From positions 1-56,686 of the IMG/VR virus record IMGVR_UViG_3300021964_000082: 56,686 nt of DNA; one strand, given 5' to 3'. Origin of the DNA: a virus (taxonomy: Duplodnaviria > Caudoviricetes). How positions within the stretch are numbered: position 1 is the stretch's first letter; every line of letters starts with the position of its first letter. The notes beneath the pieces were generated by a model. The model had not been told where the DNA came from. It saw only the letters and a program-made list of their open reading frames with translations, and ran no database searches. Positions 1-8,369 of the stretch are shown in pieces. The position numbers were made by a program, and so were the translations under genes.

Positions 1-191
1 TAATGATAGTCTGCTGATACTATTGCGGATGGAACCCATCCAAGTATAAGCATGAACACACCATAAGCCGGGTGTACTAATACTTCTCTATAGGAAACAG
101 TAGAAGATAGTACATAGATAAGTAAGCCAAGTAGTGTATATGTAAGTAACATAGTACTAATGGCTATAAGCATTGTCTTAGTAGCTTTCAT
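1..191 (-). CDS. small membrane protein with two hydrophobic segments, runs to window edge
   Basis: Manual translation from ATG at 191: MKATKTMLIAISTMLLTYTLLGLLIYVLSSTVSYREVLVHPAYGVFMLILGWVPSAIVSADYH, no stop before the edge; not in ORF track. Confidence 0.6.
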   Translation of the reverse strand, partial: MKATKTMLIAISTMLLTYTLLGLLIYVLSSTVSYREVLVHPAYGVFMLILGWVPSAIVSADYH

Positions 192-358
192 AGCTATATT
201 TATATATTTAAGTGAGATAAAAAGATTTGAGTGTTACAAAGTGGGTAAAAGTGGTGATTTAGACCATACACACACAATGCAACACACAAATAAATAAAAA
301 GTAGTGTGTAAATAAGATTACAAACAAAAGATAGCAAGAGTAGCTATGAAAAATGTTT

Positions 359-392
359 AAAAGGCCATGCACCGCTTTCACGATGCAGGCCT
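359..392 (-). terminator. putative intrinsic terminator after the 400..699 gene
   Basis: Imperfect stem AGGCC-a-TGCA-c-CG / CG-a-TGCA-GGCCT (362-392), followed on the minus strand by TTTT. Confidence 0.5.
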
Positions 393-399
393 GTACTAC

Positions 400-699
400 T
401 TACGCAGGCTCAACAGTCTGCAGAGGTGTACCGTCTTGAGCCATAGCCTCAACCTTGTTACCCTCACGGTCTGTCCATACCAATGGAACTACTTTCCATT
501 CACCTGGTATTTCAAAGGCAACACCTTTGTTAGGCTCTAAATCAAGGCCTTTAAGGTGATTTGCTACAGCCTCATACTGTAGGTAGATTGGTGTACCTGT
601 AGATGATACACCAAAAGTGTTAGCATTGTTCATAGCAATGCACATGTTTCCGTCTGTACCGTCATTCTTGACAGTACGTCTAACAAATGTAAATTTCAT
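400..699 (-). CDS. hypothetical protein (first gene of the divergent module)
   Basis: 99-aa ORF with protein-like composition, AT-rich leader and downstream hairpin. Confidence 0.7.
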   Translation of the reverse strand: MKFTFVRRTVKNDGTDGNMCIAMNNANTFGVSSTGTPIYLQYEAVANHLKGLDLEPNKGVAFEIPGEWKVVPLVWTDREGNKVEAMAQDGTPLQTVEPA

Positions 700-918
700 A
701 AGCGTGTTTTTAAAGATTATACGTTAATGTTAATGATACAACAGGGGGTAGACCCCTGCCAAGAAATAGTTGGGGAGCAGTATAGCAGCACATCTCAAGA
801 ATGCTATACACGGAAAATTTGCAGGTCCGGTGGGGCACTGCTGAAAAACAATCCTCCTTGTTAGAGAAGCAGAATCTATTTTTTGGGGATATAAAAATTT
901 CTTAACCCCCTTTTATTT

Positions 919-935
919 TTGTATCTTGTTTATAT
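919..935 (+). promoter_or_regulatory. variant of putative phage late promoter motif (TTGTATCTT)
   Basis: One mismatch to the TTGTATATT core; 40 nt upstream of the first plus-strand gene. Confidence 0.4.
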
Positions 936-958
936 AGGATCTTATAATACACACTGCT

Positions 959-1273
959 ATGGATCATAATGAAGATAACTTTGATGATATGGATGGAGCA
1001 TTGTTTGATGGTCTCTCTGAAATAGAACAAATGGAGCGTGAAGAAGAGTTAATTGCTTTGGCTTTTAATAACTCTTATAGTATCATTACTAAGGAAGTCA
1101 CCTTTGATGAGTTGCTTATTCGTAATGATTCAACCGTAGAGGGCGTGACTACCGTGGCTCATGATATTGAAGATGGTCCTACTAAGGCGGATCTTGAGAA
1201 TATAATTATATTTTTCCAAGAAAGAGAGGAATACGAGAAGTGTGCAGTGTTGCACAAGATGCTTCATGCATAA
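959..1273 (+). CDS. acidic hypothetical protein with C-terminal UVR (UvrB/C)-like motif
   Basis: C-terminus FQEREEYEKCAVLHKML resembles the UVR E-x-Y-E-x-A pattern. Confidence 0.65.
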   Translation: MDHNEDNFDDMDGALFDGLSEIEQMEREEELIALAFNNSYSIITKEVTFDELLIRNDSTVEGVTTVAHDIEDGPTKADLENIIIFFQEREEYEKCAVLHKMLHA

Positions 1274-1722
1274 TGTTCTTGTACACTAGACTATACAAAT
1301 TATTACTGATATTGCTTATTGCAATGTGCAATAAAGGGTATGCTCAGGAGTGCACCCCATATCAATCACCTAAGAATTATATACTGGATGATAACAAATC
1401 TGCAGCTGTAGGATATGTAGCTTGTCTTCATGCAAGAGGTGTTGTAGCCGAGGTAGGGTATGATAATATATTTGTAGGTGTATTGGCTATGGGGAAAGGA
1501 CATCATGGTGCAACCTACTCTTTTTTGCAGTATGAATTTGCAATTCGCGAAGTGAGAATCTATGGTGGTCCTGTGTATAAGTTAAATCACAATCCTGGTT
1601 TAGTGATAGGTAGAGCTGGTATTGATACTAGAATGTATAAGAGACTTTGGTTAACCGCTAGCGTACTTCAAATAAATCGTAATCTAAATTACTTGCATGT
1701 CGGAGTAAAAGCCGTATTGTAA
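1273..1722 (+). CDS. secreted/outer-membrane beta-strand-rich protein
   Basis: Start reassigned to ATG 1273 (TAATG overlap); signal-peptide-like N-terminus MFLYTRLYKLLLILLIAMCNKGYAQ; alternating beta-strands ending YLHVGVKAVL. Confidence 0.6.
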   Translation: MFLYTRLYKLLLILLIAMCNKGYAQECTPYQSPKNYILDDNKSAAVGYVACLHARGVVAEVGYDNIFVGVLAMGKGHHGATYSFLQYEFAIREVRIYGGPVYKLNHNPGLVIGRAGIDTRMYKRLWLTASVLQINRNLNYLHVGVKAVL

Positions 1723-1741
1723 AAATAACCCTTTAAACTTC

Positions 1742-1770
1742 TTGTATTTAAACTTGAATTGTTATATTTG
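1742..1770 (+). promoter_or_regulatory. Bacteroidota sigma-A type promoter
   Basis: TTG (1742-1744), 18-nt spacer, TATATTTG (1763-1770) matching the TAnnTTTG -7 consensus. Confidence 0.55.
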
Positions 1771-1796
1771 TTACTGAACATATAAAATCAACAATT

Positions 1797-2090
1797 ATGT
1801 CAGAACAAGAACAACCCAAGGAACTCTCTAAAGAAGAGTTGAAACAACGTAGAGAAGAAATTACTTCTTTTTACAAAGAGAACATCAAGCATCTTAAGGT
1901 TCAGAAAGAGTATGAAGAACTTCTAAGAGATATTGAAAAAGCACGTGCTGAACGTGTTCAGTCACAAATGTTCTTGGCTCAAGCTTATGGTGCTGGTCAA
2001 GAAGAAGCTGAAGAAGGAATGGATGAAGCTCGTCAAGAGTTTCAAGCTGCTATGTCTGAAGAATCTCGTAGAACTTTAAAGCGTAGTTAA
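1797..2090 (+). CDS. hypothetical coiled-coil protein
   Basis: 97-aa E/K/Q-rich helical ORF. Confidence 0.75.
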   Translation: MSEQEQPKELSKEELKQRREEITSFYKENIKHLKVQKEYEELLRDIEKARAERVQSQMFLAQAYGAGQEEAEEGMDEARQEFQAAMSEESRRTLKRS

Positions 2091-3008
2091 ATGGAATTAC
2101 TAAAAGAAGGATCAAAAGGTTCTAGTGTAAAAGAACTACAAAGAGCTCTTAAGATTTCTGTTGATGGTATTTTTGGTCCTGGTACTAAAAAAGCTGTTAT
2201 TAGATTTCAATTAGGATCTGGATTGTCAGCTGATGGTATTGTAGGTAAGGACACATGGGCTTTACTACGTACTAGAGGACCAGAGACTGAAGCAATAGAT
2301 GAAGACACTGATACTATGGAGCAATATTTTACAACTCCATATAATCAAACTATTCATAGACACTTCTTACCAAAGGGTGAGTACATTGAAGGACCAATCA
2401 AGAATGATTATGTCTTTTTACATCATACAGCAGGATGGCACAATCCATATAAAACAATTGATCACTGGGGTAGAGATAGCAGGGGACGTGTTGCCACTGA
2501 ATTTGTACTAGGGGGTCAGAAAGTAACTGATGGTAATGCAGACTATGATGGTGTTATGGTACAAGCATTTCCTGAAGGAGGATATGGTTGGCACCTTGGT
2601 AAAACAGGTAGTGGTTTTATGAACCGCCATTCTTTAGGTATTGAGATTAATAACTTTGGTTATTTAACTAAAGATTTAAAAACATATGCTGGTCAAACAG
2701 CACATGAATCTCAAGTATGTACTTTGAAAGAACCATTTAAAGGTTATACCCATTGGCATAACTATTCTACAAGACAAATAGAAGAATTGGAGAAATGGTT
2801 AAGATATATAGCTGAAAGAGATAATATAGATATCCGTATTGGATTAGTACAATGGATTAAGAAATACGGACCAACAAAAGCATTTGAATTCCAAGAGGAT
2901 GCTTACTATGGTAAAGTAAAAGGCCTTTTAACACATACTAATGTTAGAAGAGATAAGTTTGACTGTTACCCGCATCCTGACTTGATAGATATGCTGTTAA
3001 GTTTATAA
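2091..3008 (+). CDS. endolysin: peptidoglycan-binding domain plus N-acetylmuramoyl-L-alanine amidase (Amidase_2-like)
   Basis: PG_binding_1 motifs DGIFGPGT and ADGIVGKDTW; amidase motifs FLHHTAG, SLGIEINN, THTNVRRDKFDCYP. Confidence 0.9.
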   Translation: MELLKEGSKGSSVKELQRALKISVDGIFGPGTKKAVIRFQLGSGLSADGIVGKDTWALLRTRGPETEAIDEDTDTMEQYFTTPYNQTIHRHFLPKGEYIEGPIKNDYVFLHHTAGWHNPYKTIDHWGRDSRGRVATEFVLGGQKVTDGNADYDGVMVQAFPEGGYGWHLGKTGSGFMNRHSLGIEINNFGYLTKDLKTYAGQTAHESQVCTLKEPFKGYTHWHNYSTRQIEELEKWLRYIAERDNIDIRIGLVQWIKKYGPTKAFEFQEDAYYGKVKGLLTHTNVRRDKFDCYPHPDLIDMLLSL

Positions 3009-3009
3009 T

Positions 3010-3381
3010 ATGGCAATAGTAAATAAAGTAGATCAAAAAGCAAAAGTAGATCTGGATACAACAATCCAGTATCAAATTGTTACATACTGCTTCTTCAATA
3101 ATTTGCAAATAAGCAATTCAGATTTAAAATGTTTAGCTGAGCTTGCAAAGATAGGAGAGGTTGAGCTGACTTTTTTCTGCCTTCACGTGACTGATCTGGG
3201 GATTTTTAAAAGTCCTCAGTCAGCACGTAATGCAATTACAAAGGCAAGTAAAAAAGATCTTGTTATCAAAGATGGCAAGAATAGAAAGAAGATATTTTTA
3301 AATAAAAAGATGAATGTACAGACATCTGGAACTGTTCTGTTAGACTATAAAATTTTAGGCGTTGAATCCGAAGAGTCATAA
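3010..3381 (+). CDS. hypothetical protein, possible winged-helix DNA-binding protein
   Basis: 123-aa ORF; SPQSARNAITKASKKDLVIK resembles a wHTH recognition helix and wing. Confidence 0.6.
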   Translation: MAIVNKVDQKAKVDLDTTIQYQIVTYCFFNNLQISNSDLKCLAELAKIGEVELTFFCLHVTDLGIFKSPQSARNAITKASKKDLVIKDGKNRKKIFLNKKMNVQTSGTVLLDYKILGVESEES

Positions 3382-3721
3382 AGATTTTAAAGAAGGTATA
3401 GCAGAAAAAGTGGGTGTACATCCAGAAGTAGTGGATGAATTTATAACTTTTTATTATGCAAAGCTTAGAAAGAACCTTTCTAATTTAACTTATCCAAGTA
3501 TAAATGTTACCGGTTTGGGAACATTTCATATTAGAAAAGGTAAACTAAACAATGCAATTAAAAAGAATAAAAGTCTTTTGGGTAACTTAATTAAAAATAC
3601 TTATGACGGTTATGAAAAGCATATATCTCTAACAGAAAAAATAGAAATGTTAGATAATGCTAAAAGAATGATAGAAGAAGTAGATCAAGAAAGAAAGGAA
3701 TTTAAAAAGAAAAATAAATGA
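3362..3721 (+). CDS. HU/IHF-like DNA-binding protein
   Basis: IAEKVGV helix and INVTGLGTFHIR match the HU/IHF pattern; TTG start. Confidence 0.7.
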   Translation: MNPKSHKDFKEGIAEKVGVHPEVVDEFITFYYAKLRKNLSNLTYPSINVTGLGTFHIRKGKLNNAIKKNKSLLGNLIKNTYDGYEKHISLTEKIEMLDNAKRMIEEVDQERKEFKKKNK

Positions 3722-4020
3722 ATTTAAAACAGTTAATAGACGCATTTAAAAACCTTGACAAGATAGGAGAGGGTGTCTATAGATCTATTTTTACTAAAAA
3801 AGAAGTGGAACTTGTTGCAGAAGAAAGAATGAAAATATGCAATAGTTGTCAACTACTTGATAATCAAGGAGATAAATGTTTTGCTCCTGGAACACAACCT
3901 TGTTGTAGTGATTGCGGTTGCAGTCTTCACTTTAAAACAAGATCCTTATCATCAGAATGTCCTCAAGGTAAGTGGTCTGCATTAATGACAGAAGAACAAG
4001 AAGAAAAATTAAATTTATAA
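3718..4020 (+). CDS. small Cys-rich zinc-binding protein
   Basis: ERMKICNSC...CSDCGC...KTRSLSSECPQGKW pattern. Confidence 0.75.
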   Translation: MNLKQLIDAFKNLDKIGEGVYRSIFTKKEVELVAEERMKICNSCQLLDNQGDKCFAPGTQPCCSDCGCSLHFKTRSLSSECPQGKWSALMTEEQEEKLNL

Positions 4021-4022
4021 TT

Positions 4023-4223
4023 ATGACAGTATCAGAAATAGTAAAAGATCTTTTAAAATATAAAATGATCACAGAAGAAGCAGCAACTATATTGCTTAGA
4101 GCAGAGGTTGATGCTATTGCATATAGAGTAACAAACAGTGATGTTAGTAGTACGTATGATTTTGAAAGTCTTAAAAAGATTGGTATTTGGACTACTACTA
4201 CTACAAATGATAAACTAAAATAA
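4023..4223 (+). CDS. hypothetical protein
   Basis: Start reassigned to ATG 4023, just after the upstream stop; 66 aa. Confidence 0.6.
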   Translation: MTVSEIVKDLLKYKMITEEAATILLRAEVDAIAYRVTNSDVSSTYDFESLKKIGIWTTTTTNDKLK

Positions 4224-4224
4224 T

Positions 4225-5043
4225 ATGGCTATAGTATTTAAAGAGGAAGGTCACATATATGAAAGTGTAGATCAGGATAAGATAAACTGGACTAGTGTAA
4301 CTTCTTTTATAGGTATGTTTAAACCTAAGTTTGATGCTAAAGCACAAGCAAAGAAGTCAGCTAAAAATAAAAGATCCAAATGGTATGGTATGACTGATAA
4401 AGAAATACTAGCAGCCTGGAACAAAGAAACAGAAAGAGCAATAGGATTAGGTAATTGGTATCATAACCAAAGAGAAGCAGATATGCTTGACTTTAAGACC
4501 ATTGAAAGACATGGTGTAGAGCTACCTATTATAAAACCTCTAGTTGACGAAGATAATGGTGCTAAAATTGCTCCAGATCAAAAGCTAAAAGATGGAGTAT
4601 ATCCAGAACATTTAGTTTATTTAAAATCTGTGGGATTGTGTGGACAAGCGGATTTAGTAGAAGTTGTAAATGGTTATATTAATATTACAGATTACAAAAC
4701 AAATAAAGAAATTAAAGAAAAAGGATTTACTAATTGGGAGGGTATAACATCTAAAATGTACAATCCCGTTAGTCATCTTGATGATTGTAATCTTAATCAT
4801 TATAACCTACAACTCAGTATTTATGCGTATATTATTAAAAAGCACAACCCTAAACTAAAGATAGGGGATTTGATTATTCAGCATGTTAAATTCAAACAAA
4901 TTGGTACAGATAAAAATGGATATCCAATTAATGAACATGTAAATGGAGAACCTGTAATTGAAGAAATAAAAATGTATAACCTACCATATTTAAAGGATGA
5001 AGTAAATAGTCTTATAATGTGGTTTAAAGACAATAAGAAATGA
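4225..5043 (+). CDS. PD-(D/E)XK nuclease
   Basis: SVTSFI, GNWYH, CGQADL, ITDYKT and YNLQLSIY motifs; position upstream of TerL as in crAss-like phages. Confidence 0.9.
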   Translation: MAIVFKEEGHIYESVDQDKINWTSVTSFIGMFKPKFDAKAQAKKSAKNKRSKWYGMTDKEILAAWNKETERAIGLGNWYHNQREADMLDFKTIERHGVELPIIKPLVDEDNGAKIAPDQKLKDGVYPEHLVYLKSVGLCGQADLVEVVNGYINITDYKTNKEIKEKGFTNWEGITSKMYNPVSHLDDCNLNHYNLQLSIYAYIIKKHNPKLKIGDLIIQHVKFKQIGTDKNGYPINEHVNGEPVIEEIKMYNLPYLKDEVNSLIMWFKDNKK

Positions 5044-5306
5044 CAGAAAGCCAAGAATTTGTAAAGGTTGTTTTTGTACAAAAACCAACTGTATCTTCAA
5101 CTGGAGAAGTAAATATTTCATATGAAAAAAAATATGTAGATATTACATTAGATCTTTCTTTGGTTAGTGCTTATTCTCATTATGTAAATTCAACTAATGG
5201 TGATGTAGACACTAATGTAACAGAAATTTATTTACAAGGAGCTGCTCAATCTATTTATATAAAAAAGGCATATCATCTTTTTGATGATATAATTCAAGCA
5301 TTATGA
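5040..5306 (+). CDS. hypothetical protein
   Basis: 88-aa ORF coupled by ATGA overlaps on both sides. Confidence 0.7.
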   Translation: MTESQEFVKVVFVQKPTVSSTGEVNISYEKKYVDITLDLSLVSAYSHYVNSTNGDVDTNVTEIYLQGAAQSIYIKKAYHLFDDIIQAL

Positions 5307-5821
5307 TAGTAAAATTATTTGATATTCAAAATGGTAAAGTAATACCAACAGAACATTGCTATACTTTAAAGTTTCTAAAAGATTTAATGGAAGAATATCC
5401 TGATACGTATATGAGTATCTATCAATATTTATTTTATATGTCTTGTCCAAATCCAGATTTAAATCCATTTTTCAATTTACCAGAACATGAAAAAGAAGAT
5501 ATAATAGTTGAGGAAGTTAGTTTAGAAGAATCAACTGAAGATTCTAAAATTAGATATTCATTGGATATGTGTAGAAAACTTTATGAAACACCAACTTATA
5601 GAGCTTATGTGGGTATTAAATCTATGCTTGATAGACTAGCTAGATACATGGAAACTACACAGATTGAACACGGACGTGATGGAAATATTAATTCTCTTGT
5701 AAATGCTGCAGCCAAATTTGAGCAAATTAGAAATTCTTACAAAGGAGCCTTTAGTGATATGAAGGAAGAACAAGAAAGTCAAGTGCGTGGTGGTGCAGGT
5801 TTAGCTTATGATCAAATGTAA
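5303..5821 (+). CDS. hypothetical protein upstream of TerL (terminase small subunit candidate)
   Basis: 172-aa helical ORF ending VRGGAGLAYDQM; function inferred from position only. Confidence 0.55.
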   Translation: MIVKLFDIQNGKVIPTEHCYTLKFLKDLMEEYPDTYMSIYQYLFYMSCPNPDLNPFFNLPEHEKEDIIVEEVSLEESTEDSKIRYSLDMCRKLYETPTYRAYVGIKSMLDRLARYMETTQIEHGRDGNINSLVNAAAKFEQIRNSYKGAFSDMKEEQESQVRGGAGLAYDQM

Positions 5822-5946
5822 TGACAAATAAAAAAGAAAACTGGGTATTCTGTTATTGGGATGAGCCCGTAAATGTAAAACCAAATAAAACAAAAGATGA
5901 AAACAAGAATAGTTCCCGTAGGAAAAAAGGTTCTAATAAAACCTAA
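5821..5946 (+). CDS. possible 41-aa microprotein
   Basis: ATG overlaps the upstream TAA; MTNKKENWVFCYWDEPV...; overlaps groES by 50 nt. Confidence 0.3.
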   Translation: MTNKKENWVFCYWDEPVNVKPNKTKDENKNSSRRKKGSNKT

Positions 5947-6178
5947 AGAAGCACAAAGAACAGTACCTGGTACTAATATTATTATTCCAGATACAGCATT
6001 AGAAAAGATATATCAAGGTTATGTTGTAGCCGTAGGTGTTGAGGTTCAGGAAATTAACTCTGGAGATTTAATTCAATATGCTGATTATTGTGTTCCAACA
6101 GAAATGAAACATGAAGGAGAAAGACATTTACTAATTAATGCAGGAGATGTTTTTGCTGTAATACAGTCTATTGAGTAG
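5897..6178 (+). CDS. groES: co-chaperonin GroES-like protein
   Basis: PVGKKVLIKP, IIIPDTA mobile loop, GYVVAVG, GD and DVFAVI match Cpn10. Confidence 0.9.
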   Translation: MKTRIVPVGKKVLIKPKEAQRTVPGTNIIIPDTALEKIYQGYVVAVGVEVQEINSGDLIQYADYCVPTEMKHEGERHLLINAGDVFAVIQSIE

Positions 6179-8367
6179 TGTTTATATCTGTACCTACATA
6201 TCAAAATGGAACATGGTCTAATACAGACTTTGAGACAAGACAAGATTTTTTAGATTTTGTCTTGTCTATATTTAAAGAACCTGGTCTTTATAATTTTAAT
6301 GAATTAGCATTTGAGTTTAATGCTGAAGCAAGAAGATTTAATAAAGATGGTTTTTATTGTGCTGCTCCATTTAGATCAAAAGACTTTATTGATTATTGGA
6401 ATGATCAAAAAGATAAATGTCGTGTAGGTGTTATTTATAAAGACAAAGATCTTACATGGTATTTAACCAGAGATTATTACATGTGGTTAAACTTCTTACC
6501 CATCTATGATAAAGAAGAAAAGAAGTATGGCTTTGCCAAAGTCAGAGATGCTCAGTATCATATGGCTCTTTATGAGTTATTAGCAGAACTAAATTATAAG
6601 CATTCTGCTATACTAAAGAAACGTCAGATTGCATCTTCTTACTTTCATATGGGTAAAATCATTAATACTTATTGGTTTGAAGAAGGTAGTACATGTAAGA
6701 TTGGTGCGTCACTAAAAGACTACATTAATGACAAAGGGTCTTGGAAGTTTCTTGATGAATATAAAACTTTCCTTAATGAGCATACTGCTTGGTATAGACC
6801 CAGTAATCCAGAAAAGGTATTACTATGGCAACAGCAAATTGAAGTTAAGGTTGGTAATAGGAAAACATCTAGAGGTCTTAAATCTAAAATACAAGGTGCG
6901 TCCTTTGAGAAAAACGCTACAACAGGTGTAGGGGGTCCAACAACTTATTTCTTTCATGAGGAGGCAGGTATTGCACCTAAAATGATGCAGACTTATGAGT
7001 ACTTACGTCCTGCAATGTCTTCTGGTATGGTTACAACCGGTATGTTTATAGCTGCTGGTTCTGTGGGTGATTTGGATCAGTGTGAACCATTAAAAGAAAT
7101 GATCTTAAATCCTACATCAAATGATATATATGCTGTAGAAACTAACCTAATGGATAAAGATGGTACAATAGGTTTAGCCGGCCTATTTATACCTGAGCAA
7201 TGGTCTATGCCACCTCATATTGATAAATATGGTAATTCATTAATAGAAGAAGCTTTAGAAGCTATTAGATTAGAAAGAAAGAGGTGGAAAGCAGATCTTA
7301 ATCCAGAACAGTATCAATTACGTATTTCTCAGAAACCAACTGATATTGCTGAAGCATTTGCTTACAGAAAAGAGTCTGTATTCCCTCAAGGTATTCTATC
7401 TAAACAAATGAAGAAGATAGAAGAAAAAGAATATGCCTATGAGCACATAGAACTTGAAAGAGTTCAAGATGGAATTATGGCCAAAAGATCTAATAAACTT
7501 CCTATTTCAGATTTTCCTGTAAATAAAAAGGCTCAAGATAAGACAGGTTGTTTGGTTGTTTGGGAAAGACCTATAGCTAACCCAGAGTTTGGTGCTTATT
7601 ATGCTTCTATTGACCCCGTATCAGAAGGTAAAACAACTACATCAGACTCTTTGTGTAGTATTTTTGTTTATAAAAACTCAGTTGAGATTACTAGGGAAAC
7701 TGCAAATGGACTAGAGCATTTTGTAGAGCCAGCTAAAATTGTAGCTGCATGGTGTGGTAGATATGATGATATTAATAAAACACATCAGCAATTAGAATTA
7801 ATTATAGAATGGTATAATGCTTGGACTCTTGTTGAGAATAACATCTCTCTTTTTATACAGCATATGATTGCTAAAAAGAAACAAAAATATCTTGTACCCA
7901 AACAACAAATTTTATTCTTAAAAGACTTAGGTAGTAATAGAACAGTGTATCAAGAATACGGTTGGAAAAACACAGGTACTCTTTTTAAAAGTCATTTGAT
8001 TTCATATGCAATTGAATTTTTAAGAGAAGAGATTGATGTAGAAACTGATCAGGATGGTAATGTATTATCAACTACATTAGGTATAGAAAGAATACCTGAT
8101 CCAATGTTATTAAAAGAAATGTTAGCTTATTATCCTGGTCTTAACGTGGATAGATTGGTTGCTTTCTCTGCTTTGGTGGCTTTTGCTAAAATACAAGAGT
8201 CTAACCGGGGATATTTGAAAAGAAAGGAGTCTGAAACGGATATTTCCTTGGATAATTCAAAAAATTTGTATAAATTAAAGTATAGTCCGTTTAAAAATTT
8301 AGGACGGGGTAAAACTAGTATTGGTGGTAAAAAAATTAAAAGATCTGCCTACAAAAATTTTAGATAA
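6178..8367 (+). CDS. terL: terminase large subunit
   Basis: Walker A-like LKKRQIASSY, Walker B FFHEEAG, nuclease SIDPV...DS and NVDRLVA; GTG start; followed by portal. Confidence 0.92.
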   Translation: MFISVPTYQNGTWSNTDFETRQDFLDFVLSIFKEPGLYNFNELAFEFNAEARRFNKDGFYCAAPFRSKDFIDYWNDQKDKCRVGVIYKDKDLTWYLTRDYYMWLNFLPIYDKEEKKYGFAKVRDAQYHMALYELLAELNYKHSAILKKRQIASSYFHMGKIINTYWFEEGSTCKIGASLKDYINDKGSWKFLDEYKTFLNEHTAWYRPSNPEKVLLWQQQIEVKVGNRKTSRGLKSKIQGASFEKNATTGVGGPTTYFFHEEAGIAPKMMQTYEYLRPAMSSGMVTTGMFIAAGSVGDLDQCEPLKEMILNPTSNDIYAVETNLMDKDGTIGLAGLFIPEQWSMPPHIDKYGNSLIEEALEAIRLERKRWKADLNPEQYQLRISQKPTDIAEAFAYRKESVFPQGILSKQMKKIEEKEYAYEHIELERVQDGIMAKRSNKLPISDFPVNKKAQDKTGCLVVWERPIANPEFGAYYASIDPVSEGKTTTSDSLCSIFVYKNSVEITRETANGLEHFVEPAKIVAAWCGRYDDINKTHQQLELIIEWYNAWTLVENNISLFIQHMIAKKKQKYLVPKQQILFLKDLGSNRTVYQEYGWKNTGTLFKSHLISYAIEFLREEIDVETDQDGNVLSTTLGIERIPDPMLLKEMLAYYPGLNVDRLVAFSALVAFAKIQESNRGYLKRKESETDISLDNSKNLYKLKYSPFKNLGRGKTSIGGKKIKRSAYKNFR

Positions 8368-8369
8368 GT

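Noticed and set aside
1-191. Holin assignment for the two-TM protein
   Set aside because: It is on the opposite strand from the endolysin in a different module; hydrophobicity alone is insufficient
700-900. tRNA gene
   Set aside because: Hairpins are present but no cloverleaf or TTCRA T-loop was recognised
1240-1272. GTG start at 1240 given by the track
   Set aside because: ATG 1273 overlaps the upstream stop and places the signal peptide at the N-terminus
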